This document shows, in pieces, positions 48,087-55,855 of a stretch of DNA of 64,000 bases; within the stretch, counting starts at the first letter, position 1, and the number at the start of each line of letters is the position of its first letter. Origin of the DNA: Paraburkholderia sp. (GTDB lineage: Bacteria > Pseudomonadota > Gammaproteobacteria > Burkholderiales > Burkholderiaceae); the NCBI RefSeq assembly GCF_028283785.1, contig NZ_JAPWKB010000003.1, forward strand, positions 111,211 to 175,210, in the 5' to 3' direction. The notes beneath the pieces are model-generated. The model made no database searches, was not told the origin of the DNA, and saw only the letters and a program-made list of their open reading frames with translations. The translations under genes and the position numbers were made by a program.

Positions 48087-49802
48087 TCAGGCCGCGTGTT
48101 CGAGCGCTACATGCGTGGAGATTGTCGCTGTCTCGATGTGTCGGATCAGCGCAGCGCAGATCTTCGGGAAGTCTTCTTCGTGATACAGCTTCGCCGACTT
48201 GTCCGTTGCTGCTGGTTTGAACCCCAGCGTCGCGAGGCCTTCGGCACTGAGCGCGACCGGCGCCAATCGTTCGTTGATCTGCCCGAGTCTTAGGGTTGGC
48301 GCGCTGGTCGGGGCCGAGCGCGTCTTAGCCATGGTCTCTGCGAACCCACTCCGCGTACCCACACCCTGATTCGCAACTCCAGCAGCCGTAGAAATCGTCG
48401 AGCCAGAGGTGACCTCCGCAGAGACACGCGCGTTTCCCGCCTCTTCCGCGATCTTCTGCCGCGCTTTGTCTTCTTCCTCGCGCCGGATGCGTTCGCGCTC
48501 GTCGTCGAGGCGCTTTTGTTCTGCGGCCTTGTGGGTCGCGATCCGCGTCGAGACGATCAGCTTCAAATCGTCCAGATGCTTTGCGATGAGCGCCGCTGTG
48601 TCATTGAACAGGAAGGCGTAGCCAGCGCCGTCTGTTGCGATGCACGCGAGGTTCTCGCGGACGCGCCTCGCGGAAGCATCGGCGTCGATCTTCGCGTTAG
48701 CCAGCACCGTGTTTACGGCATCCTGAATGCTAGCGACGGTGCGTTTTCCCTTGGCGGCAGCGCCGAAGTCGGGCTGAGACATGCTGACGAGATGACCGCC
48801 GGTCTCTTCACGCAGGACGGCGAGATGACGCTCATACGCGCGCTTTGCCTTGAGCAGGATCTCGTCCTTGATTTCGACCTTCCGCTTCGTGACGAGCTTG
48901 TCGAGAGCGAGGCGCGTGGAGCGGGCTTCGGCGGCGATATCGTCGATCGTCTTGAACAGCACATCGATGCTCTCGGTCTGGCTCAGTGCGTGCTGCTTTG
49001 CAGCCTCGAGGCGTGTCTCGACTTCACCGCACCACTTGACGGCCTTCTCAGCGTCAGCGAAATGCTGATCGGTCGTGAGTTCACGATTGATGCCACCAAA
49101 CACGGCCATCGCATGAGCGCGGAACTCGGTCAGGTTGCTGGCCGTCACCATGCCGGTCACTTCAATGCGTAGCGCGGGCAGGGCCTCAGGCGTGCGGCCA
49201 ACCGGCTTTGCTTCGATGACCTCCGGAGAGTAGGCTTCGGCGTCCCTCTCAAACTGGCTCCAGCCGGCCAAAATGCGGTCGCGCCAGACAGGATCAGGCA
49301 AGACTTCCATGCTTACCATGTTCTCGCGCGTGCCGTCCGACACGGTGAAAACCACTTTCTCTGCGCCTGTCACCAACATGATCTGTTGCGGTTGCGGTAT
49401 GTACTCCTCAGGGAGAACCCCCGCAGCGACCGACTTCGCGAGTGCGTCGTTCCATTGTTTGTGCTCCCAGGCGATCCGTTCGTCCATCGTCAGGCCGTCG
49501 CACGAAGCGGACAGGACGCCGAGCGAGCAGGTGACCGGATAGAGTTCTTCGCCGAGCATCTCTTCAGCGAGGGGTCGCGCCATCGCTTCGACTTCGTGAC
49601 CTTTATCGAGGATGCGCGTCTGCACGAACTCGCTGAATTCTTTGGCCGTTCCGACGACCTTCATGTGCAGAAGTTCGGTTCGCTTAATCTTCGTCGAGAC
49701 GCCGAGCATCGCGCCGGCTTCGCTCGCGCCGAAGTGGGTTAGGCGGAACTGCGCCCACTCTTCGCTACCCTGCGCGAGATCGTGAATGATGCGTTCAGTC
49801 AT
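48087..49802 (-). CDS. YqaJ/lambda-Exo-like recombination exonuclease with ~370-aa C-terminal extension
   Basis: N-terminal GSEEWAQFRLTHFGASEAGAMLG ... DGL ... EHK PD-(D/E)XK pattern. Residues ~200-571 are coiled-coil/low-complexity. Confidence 0.8.
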   Translation of the reverse strand: MTERIIHDLAQGSEEWAQFRLTHFGASEAGAMLGVSTKIKRTELLHMKVVGTAKEFSEFVQTRILDKGHEVEAMARPLAEEMLGEELYPVTCSLGVLSASCDGLTMDERIAWEHKQWNDALAKSVAAGVLPEEYIPQPQQIMLVTGAEKVVFTVSDGTRENMVSMEVLPDPVWRDRILAGWSQFERDAEAYSPEVIEAKPVGRTPEALPALRIEVTGMVTASNLTEFRAHAMAVFGGINRELTTDQHFADAEKAVKWCGEVETRLEAAKQHALSQTESIDVLFKTIDDIAAEARSTRLALDKLVTKRKVEIKDEILLKAKRAYERHLAVLREETGGHLVSMSQPDFGAAAKGKRTVASIQDAVNTVLANAKIDADASARRVRENLACIATDGAGYAFLFNDTAALIAKHLDDLKLIVSTRIATHKAAEQKRLDDERERIRREEEDKARQKIAEEAGNARVSAEVTSGSTISTAAGVANQGVGTRSGFAETMAKTRSAPTSAPTLRLGQINERLAPVALSAEGLATLGFKPAATDKSAKLYHEEDFPKICAALIRHIETATISTHVALEHAA

Positions 49803-50658
49803 TTTCGTGACTCCATGAATCGATAGTGGTTTTCTGGTCTTCGGTCAGCGCGGCACCGCGCGCTTCGATGAACGCGACCATTCCAGCGACCGTCTTGCGA
49901 CCTGACTTGACAATCTCGCGCCACGAAGCCTTGTTCTTGTCGAACGCCTCCTGGCTGTATTGCTGAGGCTCGGCTGACGACTTGGCACCCTTCTGGTTTG
50001 CGGGCGACTCACTGCGGTGACTTTCTTTCCCTGCGTCGCCGTCAGCGCCGCCAGCGCCGTCGTCGTCCTCTTCCTTCGTGGACATACCAGTGACGGACAG
50101 AAGCGTGTAGCGCTGGAGGTAGGTGATCGTGCTGGCGGCTTGCTGGATCGCATTCTTCTTGCCGCTCGAGTCGGGTGCGCCGCTCATGGTCACTTTCTTG
50201 GAGTAGCCAAGTTCATGCGTGACTACACAGTCGATCGTGATCGATCCCGCCGTCTGGTGAATATCCCAATCAAAGCTGAGACCGTGCCGCGCCATCGCAG
50301 GGGCTATTGCGTCAGTGATGTCTGCCAGCGTGGCGTGCTTGTAACCGACGAAATCGCCAGCGCCCGTCTTGTAGCCGACCTCTTTGCGCTTGAAGATTTC
50401 GATAGGCTCACGCTTGAAAGTCGCCATAGCCGACACGAATGCCTTGCGGGCCTCGTTCGCCTCCCAGCGCTCCTGAAGCTCCATCAGCTTTTCGAGCCGG
50501 TCGAGATCGGCATTTGACTCAACTGCAATGCGTAGTAGATCGGAGGGCGTCGTCGTCGCGATTGCCGTGCGTTGCTCTGGCTGCACAACTGGTCTGTTGG
50601 AAGAGGTAAATTCGGCGGATTCGACGTCGATCACGTCAGCCATCGTTGCTGTATTCAC
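49795..50658 (-). CDS. ERF-family single-strand annealing protein
   Basis: Core FVGYKHATLADITDAIAPAMARHGLSFDW ... ITYLQRYTLL. Lies directly upstream of the exonuclease gene. Confidence 0.8.
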   Translation of the reverse strand: MNTATMADVIDVESAEFTSSNRPVVQPEQRTAIATTTPSDLLRIAVESNADLDRLEKLMELQERWEANEARKAFVSAMATFKREPIEIFKRKEVGYKTGAGDFVGYKHATLADITDAIAPAMARHGLSFDWDIHQTAGSITIDCVVTHELGYSKKVTMSGAPDSSGKKNAIQQAASTITYLQRYTLLSVTGMSTKEEDDDGAGGADGDAGKESHRSESPANQKGAKSSAEPQQYSQEAFDKNKASWREIVKSGRKTVAGMVAFIEARGAALTEDQKTTIDSWSHEND

Positions 50659-50921
50659 GCTTGCTCCCCTTCTCCGGCCCTATCGATCCGCGTGTACGGA
50701 TATTTTTCAGGAAACGGCTTGATGAATTTGTAGAAGTGACTTCCGATCGACTCTGCGTCGCGGAACGACGCGAAGTCCTCGGGGGAAACGTTCGCATAGT
50801 GATAGAGCGAACCCGGACCGCGCCTGCTTGCGAATTGAATCGCGAGAGTGTTCGTCGCCGGGTCGTAACCGATAGCAGCTATCTGACTCGACTCGACAGA
50901 ATCCATAGCGATGATGGTCAT
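50655..50921 (-). CDS. KTSC domain protein
   Basis: SSQIAAIGYDPATNTLAIQFASRRGPGSLYHYANVSPEDFASFRDAESIGSHFYKFIK fits the KTSC pattern. Confidence 0.75.
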   Translation of the reverse strand: MTIIAMDSVESSQIAAIGYDPATNTLAIQFASRRGPGSLYHYANVSPEDFASFRDAESIGSHFYKFIKPFPEKYPYTRIDRAGEGEQA

Positions 50922-51112
50922 GCGACCTCCTTAGATAGTTGTTCTTGCCACTGCCTGAAACGCTTTTCGTAGCTATCGAAGTACGATTCGAACGCTTCCC
51001 GCAGCTTTGTTTTGTTGGTGGCGTCGGCTGCGTAGTAGCAGCCAGCCAGTGAGCGGACAAACGATCCGCCCTGCTCCTCCATCATGTGGAGGGCGTTGTC
51101 GAAGTGCGCCAT
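50918..51112 (-). CDS. hypothetical phage protein
   Basis: 64-aa ORF coupled to its neighbours. Confidence 0.55.
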   Translation of the reverse strand: MAHFDNALHMMEEQGGSFVRSLAGCYYAADATNKTKLREAFESYFDSYEKRFRQWQEQLSKEVA

Positions 51113-51121
51113 CGCGCCTCC

Positions 51122-51241
51122 CTAGTTCGAGCACGCCACAATCAGCACAGCCACGGCGGCCATCGCGAAAGCCGTCCGGACCGGGTAGCGGTGTCCGTAT
51201 GCGTCCAATTTGCGGATCCAGCGATCAATTTCGCGGTTCAT
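51122..51241 (-). CDS. 39-aa membrane peptide
   Basis: MNREIDRWIRKLDAYGHRYPVRTAFAMAAVAVLIVACSN. The ATG overlaps the upstream stop (ATGA). Confidence 0.4.
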   Translation of the reverse strand: MNREIDRWIRKLDAYGHRYPVRTAFAMAAVAVLIVACSN

Positions 51242-51495
51242 GCGGAGAGCACCTTGAAAGCTGCGTAGCCGATTGCGGTGCCGAGCGCGCAGCAAGATGC
51301 CTTGGCGATCAATTCGTGCAGCCTCGCCGTCGCCAGAAGCCGCTCGTTCTTCGCGGCCTCACGCAATAGCGCGTTGTCCTGCTCGGCGCGAAGCTGGCGG
51401 AATGCTTCAGGGGTGATCGCTACAACGAAGTGATTGGCGTCGTCGGCCGGCGCCTCAGCGGGGAGGATTTCCCAAATGGCGTGCGTCATTACCAA
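51238..51495 (-). CDS. hypothetical phage protein
   Basis: 85-aa ORF in the coupled gene chain. Confidence 0.5.
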   Translation of the reverse strand: MVMTHAIWEILPAEAPADDANHFVVAITPEAFRQLRAEQDNALLREAAKNERLLATARLHELIAKASCCALGTAIGYAAFKVLSA

Positions 51496-51803
51496 CCTCC
51501 CGTACCGTCTTGACCGTGACTCGTCGTCGATTCGTGCAGGTCGCGTTCGTGCTGAATCTCGCGACGCTCCCAGTCCGACATATCGCGGTCATAGCGACCG
51601 TCAGGGAAACTCGATTCGTGTTGCAAATTCTTGAACTGGTGAGTGCGCTTTTCCTGCTTCATCGCCTTGCACGACTTCGAGCAGAACAGGCCCCATCCGC
51701 GCTTTACATCGACTGCACGTGCCTGGAATGGCTTGCGGCACCACTTACATTTGCGGTCAACCATCTTCGGAGGTGGGTAGACTTTTGGCTCGGTCATCGC
51801 CAC
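51489..51803 (-). CDS. hypothetical zinc-ribbon-like phage protein
   Basis: Contains CKWCRKPF ... CSKSC. Confidence 0.55.
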   Translation of the reverse strand: MAMTEPKVYPPPKMVDRKCKWCRKPFQARAVDVKRGWGLFCSKSCKAMKQEKRTHQFKNLQHESSFPDGRYDRDMSDWERREIQHERDLHESTTSHGQDGTGGW

Positions 51804-52033
51804 GCCCCCGCCTCATCGCCCAGCCGGATATGCCCCACCGGCACCGCATACCGCTGTACCGCATACATCCGATCCATATGCAGGCGCTCAAGGTCGTCCG
51901 CTTCGATCTGCTCGATCTGCTCCGGCGTCAGGACTGGTTCGTCGCCGAAGGCCTCGTCAAGGCCCGCTGTCAGTGTGTCGTCGTAGTACTGCCAGAGCAT
52001 GGCATTGTTGGCTTTTCCCATGATTTGCTCCAT
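51794..52033 (-). CDS. hypothetical phage protein
   Basis: 79-aa acidic ORF. Confidence 0.55.
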   Translation of the reverse strand: MEQIMGKANNAMLWQYYDDTLTAGLDEAFGDEPVLTPEQIEQIEADDLERLHMDRMYAVQRYAVPVGHIRLGDEAGAWR

Positions 52034-52158
52034 AGGACTGCGTATTAATGTGGATTTGGCGCTGGCGACAGGCGACTTTTTAGATGCCTCGCGTCAGGGC
52101 GCCAGGCTTCCCACCTGACTTGACGCTCTTGTGAGCCGCGCTGGCTTGGGGGAATCAG

Positions 52159-52467
52159 TCAGGCCCTTTCCCATTCGACGTCTGCGAAGTACTTGCTCAT
52201 CAGGTAAGCGACCCCCGCTTCCTTGTGCTCGTGCTTCGGCTCCCAAGACGCCATCAATGCCTTGATGTGCTTGAGTGCGGCCGCCTTGTCTACGCCTTCA
52301 TGTGGCGCTATCTTCAGAGATTTGAGGCCGCCGTAAAACCACGCGCTGAATAACTTGTTCCACTTGGTGTTGCCGCGCTTGAATTCTTCGGGGATGGATG
52401 CGTAATCAGGAAGACCCTTTACCGTTCCAAACGCGACGTCAAGGTCCGAGATATTTGGAGTCTTCAC
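52159..52467 (-). CDS. hypothetical phage protein
   Basis: 102 aa. The GTG start overlaps the upstream stop (GTGA). Confidence 0.6.
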   Translation of the reverse strand: MKTPNISDLDVAFGTVKGLPDYASIPEEFKRGNTKWNKLFSAWFYGGLKSLKIAPHEGVDKAAALKHIKALMASWEPKHEHKEAGVAYLMSKYFADVEWERA

Positions 52468-52601
52468 GCTTTCACCCCCGTTAAGCCGCCTTGCTCCATG
52501 CGCTCCGCCGACTCGCGCTGCTTCCTGGCGCCGTGGATGAAGAGGACTGCGCAGATTGCTAGCCCCGTCCAGACGCCAATTCCGATTCCGAGATAAAACA
52601 T
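52464..52601 (-). CDS. 45-aa single-pass membrane peptide
   Basis: MFYLGIGIGVWTGLAICAVLFIHGARKQRESAERMEQGGLTGVKA, with GGAG 6 nt upstream of the ATG. Confidence 0.45.
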   Translation of the reverse strand: MFYLGIGIGVWTGLAICAVLFIHGARKQRESAERMEQGGLTGVKA

Positions 52602-52761
52602 GTTGGTCTCCGTTAGCACCAGACGATCAATTCGAACGAGACCGTTCGGGCAAAGATCGAATTCAGGTACTGGTCGAAATGTCTTGTGAACACCACGCAG
52701 TGATGCGTTGTGCGTACCAGGCGTAGGCCGGTGAAATCGCTGTAAAACACGGTGGTCTCCG

Positions 52762-52989
52762 CTATGGGCAGCATCGAGGCGAGCCGCCGCAGTAATGCAC
52801 ATAGTCGATGTCGATCTCTTCCGGTCCGCAGTACAGTTCTCGCCACTCACCGCACCGGCAACACATCGCCTCGTAGCCGCCCTGCACGTCCCGCAGAACG
52901 TCCTCGTCAAGCAACTCTTGAACGTGGCGATCGGCGTCGCTCTGAACTGGAATCGGCGCTTGCTGGTTTAGCCAGCGACTGAAGTCCAT
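52762..52989 (-). CDS. Cys-rich hypothetical phage protein
   Basis: 75 aa ending in CCRCGEWRELYCGPEEIDIDYVHYCGGSPRCCP. Confidence 0.55.
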   Translation of the reverse strand: MDFSRWLNQQAPIPVQSDADRHVQELLDEDVLRDVQGGYEAMCCRCGEWRELYCGPEEIDIDYVHYCGGSPRCCP

Positions 52990-53743
52990 AACTTGCTCCT
53001 GTAGCAGTCCTAATCCGTGAATCTACAATTCCATCAACCACGCTTCTAGCTGCTCACTCAGCGAATGGGCATCTGGTAGCGTGGTTTGAACAATCTCAGT
53101 GGAGCGCCCTATACCCCGATCGCCATTTCGGGATGCAACACAGGGAGGTTAGGTTCACCAACCCTGCCACCGGAGTTCGCACCGGTTCGCTCGTTGTGCG
53201 TTTTTGAATTGAGTGCGCCACCACTCATGTCGCCGTAGAGAGGATTTGCCCCTCAGTCGGCCGCGCCCACTGGATCACTAGGACGCTCCACTGAAACTGC
53301 ATCCCGAACCCTTCCGGCTACACCCAGCGATGCTGGCTCCGGCCTGAGTTCGGGCGGTACTACTCAATCAAGCATCCGTTCTATAACCACTCTGGCGGCC
53401 AGGCGGATGACTGATAGGTCCCGATCTTTTCAGCGGTAGGACGTTGAGCGCTCCCTTTCGGGTATCTCTTCTGTTGCAACCCACCCCAACTCCTATTGTT
53501 CGACAGGTAGCGGATAACCGCCCTAAGTCCGGCTCAAGCTAGTGGGTCGCGTTGTTAAAGATCACTTGCCCCACCAGGCGACGCTATGCGCCTGTGTTCC
53601 TCTACTGCGGTGATTCACGGTCTCGTCAGTGAGCGCGTTACGCTCAGACCGGCTGCATCTATTGCGGCCGGTTTCGACCTTTTATCTCTATCCAGTTTCC
53701 GTTTTCGGCGTCACTCCGATGTGCGTACCGGGTGACGCACCAG
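52990..53743 (-). ncRNA. candidate large structured non-coding segment of the pL transcript (ORF-free, hairpin-dense); function unknown
   Basis: No ORF of 60 aa or more in any of six frames across ~750 bp, unlike everything around it. Several perfect stems and two 10-nt long-range complementarities (see findings). Strand is inferred only from the surrounding operon. Confidence 0.25.
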
Positions 53744-53869
53744 TTAGCCGTAATCCAGCTTTGCCAACTGGTGGTGCGCACGCTGCTCGCGATACGCCTT
53801 AGTCGGGTTAGGCCGCCACTTCCGAAGTACGCACACTACGATCAGAGGCAGCAGGAGAAAGATCAGCAT
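53744..53869 (-). CDS. 41-aa single-pass membrane peptide
   Basis: MLIFLLLPLIVVCVLRKWRPNPTKAYREQRAHHQLAKLDYG. The ATG abuts the upstream stop (TGAATG). Confidence 0.4.
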   Translation of the reverse strand: MLIFLLLPLIVVCVLRKWRPNPTKAYREQRAHHQLAKLDYG

Positions 53870-54046
53870 TCAATACCCAAGCACTTCGCGAGCTGCCTGC
53901 ATCGTCGCCGGGATCGTTTCGTACTCGATGAAGTGACGGCGATCGGCGGCAACGCACATCGTCGCGATGGTCAGCGTGCCGTTGCCGTTGTCGATCGTCG
54001 GTTCCGGTCGGTCGTGGCTGTCAATCCATGCGATCAGTCCGTTCAT
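53870..54046 (-). CDS. first gene of the leftward early operon, hypothetical (58 aa)
   Basis: ATG 54046 is preceded by gaggag. The longer track ORF (to 54121) would run through the operator/promoter sequence. Confidence 0.5.
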   Translation of the reverse strand: MNGLIAWIDSHDRPEPTIDNGNGTLTIATMCVAADRRHFIEYETIPATMQAAREVLGY

Positions 54047-54091
54047 CTCGCTCTCCTCGGCTTGGGTTCGTTGCTGCTTGGTATGGACTCT

Positions 54092-54181
54092 ATTAAACAC
54101 CACGTTTAAACGTGTTGTCAAACACGATGTTTAAACTTCGCGAAGAAATTTGTAACAGACGGAGTCGTGGCGTTTAAACGC
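54092..54181 (-). promoter_or_regulatory. putative pL/OL: sigma70-like promoter with three GTTTAAAC-core palindromic operators
   Basis: On the minus strand, TTGACA (54116-54121), an 18-nt spacer, then TTTAAT (54092-54097). The 14-bp palindrome CACGTTTAAACGTG (54101-54114) lies in the spacer. Further sites: GTTTAAAC at 54129-54136 and GCGTTTAAACGC at 54170-54181. Confidence 0.55.
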
Positions 54182-54231
54182 TCGGTGCTGGCGGCATCGA
54201 CTAGACTAAAAGTCTCGTTTGGAGGTGCGCT

Positions 54232-54432
54232 ATGACAGCGGACGATGTGCTGACAGTGTTTGAGCGCTTGAATGTCGAAGGACGCGCGGATGTGCCGCTC
54301 GATGACGCATGTGCGGGGTTCGCCGGCTGGCTAGCGGAGAACTGGGAGAGATTCGAGGGTGACGACCTGGCGATGCTCACATCGGTTGGCGCCACGCTCT
54401 GGAGGGAGGGATTCGCGCAGAGGCGGAAATGA
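54232..54432 (+). CDS. hypothetical protein, rightward-oriented between OL and the TA pair
   Basis: 66 aa, with ggagg 6 nt upstream of the ATG. Confidence 0.5.
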   Translation: MTADDVLTVFERLNVEGRADVPLDDACAGFAGWLAENWERFEGDDLAMLTSVGATLWREGFAQRRK

Positions 54433-54454
54433 AAAAGCCCGCGCGCGGCGGGCT
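54431..54454 (-). terminator. rho-independent terminator after the TA operon (minus strand)
   Basis: AGCCCGC-gcgcg-GCGGGCT hairpin. The A-run on the plus strand reads as a U-run after the hairpin on the minus strand. Confidence 0.5.
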
Positions 54455-54535
54455 GAGGCGATCGGTACTAAGGTTATGACTTTAAAAATTAAAAACCCGG
54501 CTCGGCGCGAAGTTCCTATGTTGCTGGGCGAATCT

Positions 54536-54844
54536 TTACGCTGGCTTGTGGTCGGCCACCGCCGAAAAGCGGATCCCGAGCGCGTGCATTAACTTGTTGA
54601 TCGTTTCGAATTTAGGGCTGGCGCCAGGTTTGAGGGTCTTGTAGAGACTCTCACGCCCCAGTCCAGCGTCTGCCGCGACTTTAGCCATGCCACGAGCCTT
54701 TGCTACGTCAGCAAGGGCGAGAAGCAGTACATCTTGGTCGTCAGCTTCCATTGCCGCGCTGATGTAGCTGGCGATGGTTTCTTCGTCATCAAGGTATTCG
54801 GATGCGTCGAACGGCGTGACTTTGATTGCTTCGACCGTGTTCAT
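54536..54844 (-). CDS. HigA-type addiction-module antidote protein (HTH)
   Basis: ATG 54844. PFDASEYLDDEETIASYISAAME ... AKARGMAKVAADAGLGRESLYKTLKPGASPKFETINKLMHALG matches the remembered antidote family pattern. Confidence 0.8.
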   Translation of the reverse strand: MNTVEAIKVTPFDASEYLDDEETIASYISAAMEADDQDVLLLALADVAKARGMAKVAADAGLGRESLYKTLKPGASPKFETINKLMHALGIRFSAVADHKPA

Positions 54845-55146
54845 GGCTGCTCCTTCTTGTACTGCGCCCAGACTGCCTTTGCGTGTTTGACGTCCCTGTC
54901 TTGCGTGGACTTGTCTCCACCACAAATCAACAGGTACACAATCCGGCCTTCGCGGGCGTAGTAGACCCTATAACCTTGGCCGACATCGACCTTCATTTCG
55001 GAGACGCCATCGCCCAAGTCTTTGTGATCACCAAAATTGCCGAGCCGCGCACGGTTAATCCTGTTGAGGATCGCGCCCTTTGCCGTCTTGTCTTTCAGGT
55101 TAGCGAACCAGTCCTGAAAGTTGCCCGTTTGGTTGATCGTGTTCAT
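54841..55146 (-). CDS. RelE/HigB-type addiction-module killer protein
   Basis: ATG 55146. FQDWFANLKDKTAKGAILNRINRARLGNFGDHKDLGDGVSEMKVDVGQGYRVYY...LLICGGDKSTQDRDV. ATGA overlap with the antitoxin gene. Confidence 0.8.
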   Translation of the reverse strand: MNTINQTGNFQDWFANLKDKTAKGAILNRINRARLGNFGDHKDLGDGVSEMKVDVGQGYRVYYAREGRIVYLLICGGDKSTQDRDVKHAKAVWAQYKKEQP

Positions 55147-55291
55147 GCAAACAATGTATCCTGCAAGATACTTATCGGCCAATTGTTTAAATTAATTGAG
55201 TGCGATAGCCCACAATATTCGCGGTCAATAGTTCGGCTTGCAACCGTCAAATAGCCCGCACTGCGGCGGCCTTCTGGTCCAAAGATGGACT

Positions 55292-55819
55292 TTATTTCGG
55301 CAAGCGTCCTTCGTGCACTCGGGCATCCAGCACGGTCTTGTTGTCGCGCGCGAGGTCGCATTCGTACGTGACCGGCGAATAGGCGCCGAACCCGTTCTGG
55401 AACTCAGCCTTGTCGCCAATGTAGGTGATGGTGCCGGCGTTCTTATCTGCCCAGCGGAAGCGGCTGAACTTCGTTTCAAACGTGCCGTCTGTCCACTTCA
55501 CGCTGTGCGTTGCTAGTCGCTCAACATCATCTTTGCAATAGACGCCAGCTGCGACTACGCCTTTATCGCCCAAGCATTGCAAGTCATCAGCATTGCAGGC
55601 AGCCTCGGTTTGCGTGGGCTTCTCCGCGGCGCCAGTATGGCCCGAGCCGCCGCCAAATATCTCGACCAGGATCCAGCCGATAAGGCCGAACACGACGAGC
55701 CCCGCAGCAGTCTCAGCGCCCTTCGACATCTGCTTCTTGACCGGCGCGCCACATTTCACGCACGCAGGCGCCTTGCTGCTGACTTCCGTGCCGCATTCTC
55801 GACACTTTATTAGGGCCAT
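55292..55819 (-). CDS. zinc-ribbon membrane protein just downstream of cI (lysogen-expressed cargo candidate)
   Basis: MALIKCRECGTEVSSKAPACVKCGAPV zinc ribbon, one TM helix (AAGLVVFGLIGWILVEIF), then a ~110-aa extracytoplasmic domain with Cys pairs. Confidence 0.65.
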   Translation of the reverse strand: MALIKCRECGTEVSSKAPACVKCGAPVKKQMSKGAETAAGLVVFGLIGWILVEIFGGGSGHTGAAEKPTQTEAACNADDLQCLGDKGVVAAGVYCKDDVERLATHSVKWTDGTFETKFSRFRWADKNAGTITYIGDKAEFQNGFGAYSPVTYECDLARDNKTVLDARVHEGRLPK

Positions 55820-55855
55820 TATGGTCTCTTTCGCCGCTCGGACGGCATGGTGATT

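Noticed and set aside
52613-52846. 77-aa minus-strand ORF overlapping 52762..52989
   Set aside because: It overlaps a better Cys-rich ORF. Only a possible 53-aa internal start (52774) would be compatible, and I have no supporting signal.
52990-53743. tRNA or tmRNA-like genes, or a group I intron, in the ORF-free segment
   Set aside because: I found no GTTCRANYC T-loop with a flanking 5-bp stem, no acceptor/CCA context, and no interrupted flanking ORF that an intron would split. I cannot exclude an intron-like ribozyme without a covariance-model scan.
53732-54109. 125-aa plus-strand ORF across the start of the early-left operon
   Set aside because: It runs antisense to two coupled minus-strand genes and through the operator region. 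It has no SD and an odd composition.
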